NCBI GenBank assembly: GCA_017628025.1
Contig: JAGBZX010000018.1
Span: 4,786 to 68,785, forward strand
Direction: 5' to 3'
Length of the DNA: 64,000 nucleotides
DNA from: Kiritimatiellia bacterium
GTDB taxonomy: Bacteria; Verrucomicrobiota; Kiritimatiellia; RFP12; UBA1067
Below the pieces are notes generated by a model that saw only the letters and a list, made by a program, of their open reading frames with translations, made no database searches and was not told the DNA's origin. This document shows positions 18,948-26,066 of the stretch, one piece after another (position 1 is the first letter of the stretch; each line of letters starts with the position of its first letter). A program made the translations under genes and the position numbers.

Positions 18948-21410
18948 TTATCTTATAGGCTCAACATGCCAGATATTCTTAGCATACTCTAGAACTGCAC
19001 GATCAGAGGAGAAATAACCAGACCTAGCAATATTAATAAGCGACATCTTATTCCAAAGATCTTGATTATGATATGTCTTATCGATTCTCTCCTGCGCTGC
19101 AACATATGCCTCAAAATCTGCTAAGAGCATATAGTGATCATTGTAATCCAAGAGATTACGAATTATTGGATCAAATAGCCCCCTATCTGCATACGAGAAT
19201 GCATTAGCTGAAATAAGATCTATCGCTGACTTAAGCGCAGGATTCTTTTCGTAATATTCACGCGACACATAACTTGGCCTAAGCTTTTGAACCTCATCAG
19301 CACGAAGCCCAAAGAGGAACATATTTTCGTCGCCAACTTCACGATGAATCTCAACATTAGCGCCGTCATAGGTACCAAGCGTTAATGCGCCATTCATCAT
19401 AAACTTCATATTGCCGGTCCCTGACGCCTCCATGCCCGCCAAGGATATCTGCTCTGAGACTTCAGAGGCTGGCATAATTTTCTCAGCCAAAGAGACTCTA
19501 TAGTCTGGCAGGAAGACAACTGAGAGTTTGCCGCGTGTGCGCTTGTCGGAATTGACGACGTCCGCAATGCCGTGAATCAGGCGTATTATAAGCTTTGCCA
19601 TGTGATATCCAGGCGCTGCCTTTGCCGCGAAAATAAATTGACGCGGAACAGGGTCAAACGAGCTGTCTTCACGCAGGCGGTTGTAGAAGTAAATAATATA
19701 AAGAGCAAGCAAAAGCTGCCGTTTATATTCATGAAGTCTCTTTACTTGAACGTCAAATATCGCATCAGGATTTAGTTTAATACCTAAATCTACTTTGGCA
19801 TGATCTACTAGCAGTTGCTTATTTTCATATTTAATCTCTGCTAGTCGCGAAATAACCGACGAATCTGAAGTATACTTCTCCAAGCCCTTAAGCATATCAA
19901 GGTTTGTAACCCAATCTTCGCCAAGTAATTCTGTAACGAGCGAAGCGAGCTTTGGATTTGCTTTAAGAAGCCAACGACGAGGAGTTATACCATTTGTTAC
20001 GTTAAGGAAGCGCTCTGGCGCATACTCGTAGAAATCTTTAAACAAAGACTCCTTAAGGATGTTTGAATGAAGCTCGGCAACGCCATTTACAGAGCTACTT
20101 GCTACTATGCACATATTAGCCATACGCACATAGCGCTCTCCTGATTCATCAATAAGGCTCATCCTCTGTAAGCGATCCATATCACCAGGATACATCGTAT
20201 TGATGCTACGCAGAAAACGCCCATTGATTTCGTAGATAATCTGCAAATGACGCGGAAGCAGCCTCTCCATCATTGCAACAGGCCATTTCTCGAGAGCCTC
20301 GGGAAGAATCGTGTGGTTCGTATACCCAATAGAGCGGCGCGTGATATCCCAGGCGCGTTCCCACTCGACACCATGAATATCAATAAGAACACGCATAAGC
20401 TCTGGTATTACAAGAGCTGGATGAGTTTCGTTAAGATGAATAAACACCTTCTCTGGAAGCAGCGACCAATCATTATTAAGCTCACGGAAACGGCGTAGAA
20501 TATCGTTAAGCGAGCAAGCAACAAAGAAGTACTGCTGTCTTAGACGAAGCTCCTTACCTGCCATCGTATTATCGTTGGGGTAAAGCACCTTTGTGAGATT
20601 TTCTGCATGAACCTTGTTTTCAACGGCATCTACATATGAACCTTTGTTGAAATCCGAAAGATCAAATTCGTCAACTGCTTTAGCAGACCAAAGTCTTAAA
20701 GAGTTTACCGTTTTAGTATAGCCGACGATTGGCAAGTCGTATGGCACACCTTCAACAACTTCAGATGGTACCCAGCGCCACTTCATACCTCCTTCATGAG
20801 AGAGGCAATCAACATGGCCGCCAAAGCCTACTTGGAGCGAATACTCTGAGCGCTCCATCTCCCACGGATAGCCGTGCTTTAACCACTGATCTGGCTCTTC
20901 GACTTGGCGCCCCTCTACTATCTTTTGCCTAAAGATACCATAGTCATACCTTATGCCATAACCCATGCCTGCTAAATCAAGAGTAGACATTGAATCAAGA
21001 TAGCACGCAGCTAATCGCCCTAAGCCACCGTTACCTAAACCAGCATCAGTTTCAAAATCTCTAAGCTCGTGCCAATCGATGCCATACTCGCCAAGCGCAT
21101 CGCTACACATCTTATCAGCCTTTAGATTTATAACATTGTTACCCAAAAGGCGACCCATAAGAAATTCAAGTGAAAGATAATAAACTCTTTTAGTGTTAAG
21201 CTTATGATATTTCTCTTGAGTATTTATCCAACGCTCTACAATTCTATCGCGAACAGCATTTGCAAACGCGGTGTAACGGTCTCTAGGCGTTGCCCGCAAT
21301 ACACCTTTACCAAGAGTATATCTTAAATGCCATTCATAATCATACTTTAGCCCTTCAACCGTCATTTCGGCCCGGCTATGTCTTAAGCTTTTCTTGTTTT
21401 TATCGCTCAT
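18948..21410 (-). CDS. glgP: Glycogen/maltodextrin phosphorylase
   Basis: Contains the PLP-site motif EASGTGNMKFMMNGALTLGTYDGANVE. At 820 aa it has the full GT35 architecture. Confidence 0.9.
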   Translation of the reverse strand: MSDKNKKSLRHSRAEMTVEGLKYDYEWHLRYTLGKGVLRATPRDRYTAFANAVRDRIVERWINTQEKYHKLNTKRVYYLSLEFLMGRLLGNNVINLKADKMCSDALGEYGIDWHELRDFETDAGLGNGGLGRLAACYLDSMSTLDLAGMGYGIRYDYGIFRQKIVEGRQVEEPDQWLKHGYPWEMERSEYSLQVGFGGHVDCLSHEGGMKWRWVPSEVVEGVPYDLPIVGYTKTVNSLRLWSAKAVDEFDLSDFNKGSYVDAVENKVHAENLTKVLYPNDNTMAGKELRLRQQYFFVACSLNDILRRFRELNNDWSLLPEKVFIHLNETHPALVIPELMRVLIDIHGVEWERAWDITRRSIGYTNHTILPEALEKWPVAMMERLLPRHLQIIYEINGRFLRSINTMYPGDMDRLQRMSLIDESGERYVRMANMCIVASSSVNGVAELHSNILKESLFKDFYEYAPERFLNVTNGITPRRWLLKANPKLASLVTELLGEDWVTNLDMLKGLEKYTSDSSVISRLAEIKYENKQLLVDHAKVDLGIKLNPDAIFDVQVKRLHEYKRQLLLALYIIYFYNRLREDSSFDPVPRQFIFAAKAAPGYHMAKLIIRLIHGIADVVNSDKRTRGKLSVVFLPDYRVSLAEKIMPASEVSEQISLAGMEASGTGNMKFMMNGALTLGTYDGANVEIHREVGDENMFLFGLRADEVQKLRPSYVSREYYEKNPALKSAIDLISANAFSYADRGLFDPIIRNLLDYNDHYMLLADFEAYVAAQERIDKTYHNQDLWNKMSLINIARSGYFSSDRAVLEYAKNIWHVEPIR

Positions 21411-21436
21411 AAAACTTAATTAATCTCTTAAATTTA

Positions 21437-22237
21437 TTACTTAAAAATCCCCTTGAAAAGTTTGCCAGCGTCCTTAACTGCCTCGCCGACACCTTTTACA
21501 GCTTCTTTAGTCTCTTTCACGGCCGAACTTGAAACGCCCGCTGCGCTCTTAAGCGCGTCAATACTTACGTTTGACAAACCCTCGCCCAATGAAATTACAC
21601 CATCGGCAACAGCCCCGCACGATTTAATTAGCGCATCAAGGATAGTTACTAAAACTTCACTAAAAACAACACCGTTTGACTCTTTGCCAATATCCTTAAG
21701 CTCCATATTTGGAACAGGCAAAGGCATTAAACCTAATTTAATCTTAGCGCCTTCAAGCTTAACTAAATCAATAACAACCTTCTTTTCTTCCTCTTGCGCT
21801 TGTGGCTCTTCCTTTTCTACTTCACTTGTTGCTATTGTCTCTTCATCTTTAGACGCATAAGATGAAATATATTCAAAATTATTTGTACCATTTGAGGATA
21901 CATATGAAACAAAAAGATCTTTTATTAACACGCTTTCAATGACAATTACATTTGTCTTTAGCGATTGCATTGAAAGTTTTATGTCAACATGACCTACTCT
22001 AACAGCATCGGCGTCTCTAAAGCCTTTAGGATTTTTAAGTAGTATACCCTCTGCTCTAACTTGTCCATTATATGGGTTTATTGAAAGATCATCAATCTCA
22101 AAATCTGTCCCTGTTATATCAGGAACAACACTCTCTGCAACAATCTTAGACACCGATCCAAGCCACAAAGGAGAAGCAACCAAAAGAACTATAATGCTCG
22201 CTAAAACAATTAAAGTTATTTTTACGGCTTTTTTCAT
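21437..22237 (-). CDS. Membrane-anchored protein of unknown function (AsmA/DUF748-like N-terminal region)
   Basis: A single N-terminal TM helix (ITLIVLASIIVLLVASPLWL) is followed by a beta-rich region, then an acidic linker and a low-complexity tail. It overlaps the upstream gene by 4 nt. Confidence 0.45.
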   Translation of the reverse strand: MKKAVKITLIVLASIIVLLVASPLWLGSVSKIVAESVVPDITGTDFEIDDLSINPYNGQVRAEGILLKNPKGFRDADAVRVGHVDIKLSMQSLKTNVIVIESVLIKDLFVSYVSSNGTNNFEYISSYASKDEETIATSEVEKEEPQAQEEEKKVVIDLVKLEGAKIKLGLMPLPVPNMELKDIGKESNGVVFSEVLVTILDALIKSCGAVADGVISLGEGLSNVSIDALKSAAGVSSSAVKETKEAVKGVGEAVKDAGKLFKGIFK

Positions 22238-22842
22238 TTCAACTCCTCAATAGTTATCTTAGTCCTTAAACCAGAGCCTACTATTTCAACTTCCATCACG
22301 CTCGGCGCCCAACGCTCGCCAAATTTCTTTAGCCTCGTCCCCCAAAGCCTTCTGACGCGCTTATCGTCTCCAGAAAGAGTTTCTTCTGCTTGCAACAATG
22401 CAGATGTTTTCTTATCAAGCCACACACGCATTACTCTATCGGCATTTCTCAAAATAATTACTCTACACTTCTGTCCATGCACCGACTCGCCAACTAACTT
22501 TGGATCATACAAGACATCGTCCCAATTAAGATAATCTAACGATAAATCGCTCCATGTCACGGCAGACCCTTCGAGAAGTGGCTTAAACGGATCCTTAGTT
22601 GAGCGTTCTATTAACGCGCCATCTATCTTAAGTTCCAATAACTCTGACTTAGCGCGCTTGTAAGTATATGTATGCTCTGATTTTACGATGCCACGGCGAT
22701 TACGAACAATTATCCTACCATTTAACTCAACCTCTGCTGGTAGCATTTGGCGACAGCGCTCTAGAAGCTCTTTAGCAGGAATATCAGCTACTGGGGTAGT
22801 TAATTGGGCTACTGCAAGAAATAAAGATGCCAAGAAACTCAT
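22234..22842 (-). CDS. LolA-like (outer-membrane lipoprotein-sorting-like) fold protein
   Basis: It has a signal-like N-terminus. The pattern WSDLSLDYLNWDDVLYDPKLVGESVHGQKCRVIILR...ERWAPSVMEVE resembles the LolA_like family. The assignment rests on motif memory only. Confidence 0.45.
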   Translation of the reverse strand: MSFLASLFLAVAQLTTPVADIPAKELLERCRQMLPAEVELNGRIIVRNRRGIVKSEHTYTYKRAKSELLELKIDGALIERSTKDPFKPLLEGSAVTWSDLSLDYLNWDDVLYDPKLVGESVHGQKCRVIILRNADRVMRVWLDKKTSALLQAEETLSGDDKRVRRLWGTRLKKFGERWAPSVMEVEIVGSGLRTKITIEELK

Positions 22843-23651
22843 TCGAACTCCTTTTCAAGAATCTTGTGCTGTGGTCCGCCATAATTACGACCTGTTTCGT
22901 AATATCTGCGCGCAGCATCACGCGACTCAGGGCGAAATTTTAAAATAAGAGCCGCCATATTATAGTACGCGTGATACGAGCGAGGATTTGTCATTATCGC
23001 CCTATAAAGAGTCTCCTCGGCAGCTTTAAAATCGCCCGCCTTAGCCTCCATCATAGCTCTCATATTAAGAGCTTTTGCATCATCTGGACGCAAATTAAGA
23101 CGCTCTTCAATTTCTGCCTTTGAAAATGTTGGCACCGATGTTGGTCTAGGAGATTGATCCTTCTCTACCTTTGCTACTTTTTCCTCCGTCTTAACAGTCT
23201 CTTTTTTTACCGCTGGCAACGGAGCTTTACCACCTTTACGCGCCAAACGCCTAGCCTCAAACTTTTTCTCCAATTCAGTAGTATTCGTTACTTGAACTGC
23301 TTTTGCATTATCTTTGCTCTGCTCGAGTAAAATCGAGTCAATCGCTGCATTTACATAAGCTCGCTTATTTCTCAAAGACGAATACTCTGGCAATGGCGCG
23401 ATCGCAGGATTTTCGCGTTCAACCCTGTCTAATTCTTGAAGTGCCTTGCGATAATGCTCCAGGGCCTTATCCAAATCACCTTGGGCGGCGGCCTCTACAG
23501 CATCGTCAATCTCAATCGAAGCTTGCTCAACAAGTTCAGAGAGTTTTGGCTTTTCTGGCTTGTCATCATCAGAGCCAAACGGCCAATACCACGCTGCATT
23601 AAGAGCGTTACATAATAGAATAACTATAATAAGAGAAGTTGTTTTTTTCAT
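22839..23651 (-). CDS. Secreted TPR-like repeat protein
   Basis: It has a signal peptide (LIIVILLCNALNA). Helical-repeat segments with TPR-like spacing occur at both ends (GDLDKALEHYRKAL.., GDFKAAEETLYRAIMTNPRSYHAYYNMA). The middle is a lysine/glutamate-rich linker. Confidence 0.55.
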   Translation of the reverse strand: MKKTTSLIIVILLCNALNAAWYWPFGSDDDKPEKPKLSELVEQASIEIDDAVEAAAQGDLDKALEHYRKALQELDRVERENPAIAPLPEYSSLRNKRAYVNAAIDSILLEQSKDNAKAVQVTNTTELEKKFEARRLARKGGKAPLPAVKKETVKTEEKVAKVEKDQSPRPTSVPTFSKAEIEERLNLRPDDAKALNMRAMMEAKAGDFKAAEETLYRAIMTNPRSYHAYYNMAALILKFRPESRDAARRYYETGRNYGGPQHKILEKEFE

Positions 23652-23699
23652 TGGTGATATTATATCAAATTTTCAGAATATTATCACCAATTAGCGCCC

Positions 23700-25859
23700 T
23701 TATCTGACTATAACCGAAAGACCGTAAACTTTATCTAAGCAAAACTTTATATTATCCAATGCGGAATGAGCAAAATTTCCTGGATTCTTGCCATCTGTTG
23801 AATCATTATCACTAATTGAACTTATTAGCAATACGAATCGCAACTTGTAAACACCAGGCTTTTTGACTCTGCAATATGACTCATATTGCTTATCCCAGAC
23901 TCGATTCTTGTCATATTGATGCACCATTTGGCCAAGAGAAATTTCTTTACCATCTTCATCAACAAGAAGAACATTAATCACCCACTTTGAATTAACAACT
24001 CGAGTATTATGGTATCCGGCAGAACCGATACAAGAAAACTTATATTCTCCTTTATCTGTTACTCTAACATCTGTCTCTATAACAGCATCTGTTCTCCCAT
24101 TAATATAATTATTTCCAGCCATAATAGCAGAAAGACCTTTTGCGTTATAAGTCTTTATCCCTGTATTAGTACACCCTTCCTTTTGGGCGGCCAAAATTCC
24201 TGTAAAACATATTGTTTTTGTCCCTTCTTTAACAATCGTCCAAGATCCAGCTGTCAATCGGTCAAAATTCCGAATTATATCTTTGCTGTGCGAAGAATTG
24301 TTATTTATTTCGAAATCACCATTTAAAATTAAATTATCCTTTTTATGAGCTGAAAAATACGCGTTAATCGTCATTGGTGCAGCAACGGCGGTAATTAATT
24401 TACTTTGCTCTATCAAACGCTGAGTTCCGTCTCCCCAACCGCCCCAGCCGACAAAGTTATCCATAGATGCAATTGCTACATTAATAGTATCTCCTTCTCT
24501 ATACCAGCCGGATTTATCTTCAACAAGGCTGCCTCTTTCGCATGAAGTTACTGTTGAAACATAATATTCTTTTATGAATTTCCATTTAAGAACAACGCCT
24601 TTATTTTCGCCTATCGCATACTGAACGGTGTCTGCAGTGCTTTGGTTATCTCTGTAATCATCTGCATATTCATCTATCAACACTGTTTCATCTTTATTCC
24701 AAAGTTCACAGCCTACACACACAGCTCGAACGCCTTCACTAACATCAGAAAACCTAGGAAAAGTATACTCGCCGCTACTTGGAAGTATTGGATATAACCC
24801 ATAAGTAATATCAGGCGAACCAAACTTTTCTGTAGTACTATCTATTACAATTCCTTGGAAATCATCATCGTTAAGCGCATATCTCAACACAACGATGCCA
24901 CTACCGCCGGAGCCGCCTCTGTTTGCCCCGCGTCCGCCGCCGCCACCGCCACCTGTAGAAGCTTCACCAGAATAAGCAGCTGAGTTGTATGTATCATTAT
25001 AACCACCGCCCTTGCCACCTCCTCCTTTTCCTCCATTTCCGCGATATGCGTTATAATAATTATAAGAACCGCCGCCACCGCCGCCAGCATACCAAGTTTC
25101 CACACCAACAATATACGAGGATCGTCCGTTACCACCATGACCTATACCGCTAGAACTTCCAACAGAAGTCCCGCCGCCGCCTGCGCCGCCGCCGCCTGCG
25201 CCAGGTGAATTACCTGATGTAGAAAAAGTTCTATTTCCACCATTGTTTCCTTGATCAGGTATTCCTGCTCCTCCTTGAGACGCATCATATGCCAGGCTAC
25301 CACTCGTACCAGCTCCACCTCCGCCGCTACCTCCATCAGAACCATTTGCGGCTTCTTTAGAAATTGCAGATCCACCAGCTCCGCCGCCGTAAGCAATTAT
25401 AGCATCTTGTCCGACCGCTGTAATTGAGGAATCTGCTCCATTTTTTGCCAGAGTTGAGCCTCCACCGGTAGCACCTGAACCACCTGCACCAACAACTATA
25501 TTTAAATCGGTATTTGCAGAAATACCGGTAAGAATACCTGTAAGCATGCCACCAGCGCCGCCACCGCCACCACCACCAGATGAAGCGCCGCCGCCGCCAC
25601 CACCGCCGGCAACGACTAGATAATTAATTATGCCTTCTTTAATGCCGGCGGGAACTTGCCAAGTGTGAGGATTTGTCTCATCGGCAACAGCTGTAAACGC
25701 TACAACATACTCAAGCGTTCCGTTTGGCAATAACAACGCCTGTGTGTAGCCGTTATCAGTAGTAACTTTCTGAGCAAAATATTTTGCCGCTATAGGTTCT
25801 TCAGCAACTACGGTAGAAGCGATAATAACCGCTGGAAGGAAAGAACGCAGATATTTCAT
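23700..25859 (-). CDS. Glycine-rich secreted surface protein, paralog B (719 aa)
   Basis: The signal peptide is MKYLRSFLPAVIIASTVVA/EEP with an AAAGGAG SD 8 nt upstream. The track start at 25886 is a GTG extension. Architecture: conserved N-terminal beta segment (..HTWQVPAG..YLVVAGGGGGGG), ~260-aa Gly-run domain ending GSGIVVLRY, an InlB-B-repeat-like segment (WYREGDTINV..FVGWGG..INAYF), a divergent jelly-roll-like C-terminal domain starting DNLILNGDFE, and the tail GLSVIVR. Confidence 0.85.
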   Translation of the reverse strand: MKYLRSFLPAVIIASTVVAEEPIAAKYFAQKVTTDNGYTQALLLPNGTLEYVVAFTAVADETNPHTWQVPAGIKEGIINYLVVAGGGGGGGASSGGGGGGGAGGMLTGILTGISANTDLNIVVGAGGSGATGGGSTLAKNGADSSITAVGQDAIIAYGGGAGGSAISKEAANGSDGGSGGGGAGTSGSLAYDASQGGAGIPDQGNNGGNRTFSTSGNSPGAGGGGAGGGGTSVGSSSGIGHGGNGRSSYIVGVETWYAGGGGGGSYNYYNAYRGNGGKGGGGKGGGYNDTYNSAAYSGEASTGGGGGGGRGANRGGSGGSGIVVLRYALNDDDFQGIVIDSTTEKFGSPDITYGLYPILPSSGEYTFPRFSDVSEGVRAVCVGCELWNKDETVLIDEYADDYRDNQSTADTVQYAIGENKGVVLKWKFIKEYYVSTVTSCERGSLVEDKSGWYREGDTINVAIASMDNFVGWGGWGDGTQRLIEQSKLITAVAAPMTINAYFSAHKKDNLILNGDFEINNNSSHSKDIIRNFDRLTAGSWTIVKEGTKTICFTGILAAQKEGCTNTGIKTYNAKGLSAIMAGNNYINGRTDAVIETDVRVTDKGEYKFSCIGSAGYHNTRVVNSKWVINVLLVDEDGKEISLGQMVHQYDKNRVWDKQYESYCRVKKPGVYKLRFVLLISSISDNDSTDGKNPGNFAHSALDNIKFCLDKVYGLSVIVR

Positions 25860-25889
25860 AGCTAATACTCCTTTTATAAATTTCACATC

Positions 25890-25918
25890 ATTTTATCATT
25901 TACCCCCCCCCCTGTCAA
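25890..25918 (-). promoter_or_regulatory. Sigma70-type promoter with a G10 homopolymer spacer (paralog B)
   Basis: The minus strand reads TTGACA (25913-25918), G x10 (25903-25912), TAAATGA, then TAAAAT (25890-25895). The spacer is 17 nt and TGA-TAAAAT forms an extended -10. Confidence 0.7.
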
Positions 25919-25944
25919 GAACTTCAAAACCGAAACAAAAATAG

Positions 25945-25968
25945 AAAAGTAGGTCTGACCTACTTTTT
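25945..25968. terminator. Bidirectional hairpin flanked by an A-run and a T-run (second terminator after paralog C)
   Basis: AAAAGTAGGTCTGACCTACTTTTT is palindromic around the centre. It is conserved at 28806-28832. Confidence 0.5.
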
Positions 25969-26009
25969 GATTTTTGAAAACTCATTTTAGAAAAAACTCA
26001 TAACGAAAC

Positions 26010-26042
26010 AAAACTCCCGCCCAAAATCAGGACGAGAGTTTT
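26010..26042 (-). terminator. Rho-independent terminator of paralog C
   Basis: The minus-strand RNA is CUCUCGUCC-UGAUUUU-GGGCGGGAG, a 9-bp stem including 2 G-U pairs. It is followed by UUUUGUUUCGUU and starts 25 nt after the stop codon. Confidence 0.7.
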
Positions 26043-26066
26043 ATTTAGCTTAGTCTCTTACCTTAC

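Noticed and set aside
23651-23690. Inverted repeat after paralog B as an intrinsic terminator.
   Set aside because: No U-tract follows it on the minus strand, and it abuts the next start codon. It is reported instead as a low-interest possible translational or processing element.
24884-25396. ORFs 24884-25138 and 25142-25396 (minus strand, other frame). The analogous ORFs in paralog C are 27741-28010, 27803-28150, 28007-28210 and 28278-28463. Those in paralog D are 30218-30622, 30370-30585 and 30616-30852; the last of these includes a poly-Pro product.
   Set aside because: They lie entirely inside the GGN-rich Gly-run coding regions. Their products are low-complexity (A/V/L- or P-rich) and they lack starts with an SD. 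They are frame artefacts of the repetitive GGN/NCC composition.
25860-25886. GTG start at 25886 for paralog B.
   Set aside because: It would place the start 4 nt downstream of the -10 box and add 9 residues before the signal peptide. The ATG at 25859 has an AAAGGAG SD at ideal spacing.
25919-26066. Integron-like gene cassettes with attC sites, with xerD acting as the integrase.
   Set aside because: Each paralog has its own promoter, whereas integron cassettes are normally promoterless. The conserved intergenic repeats are terminator hairpins without recognisable RYYYAAC/GTTRRRY core sites. The recombinase is an ordinary 300-aa Xer type without the IntI-specific insertion.
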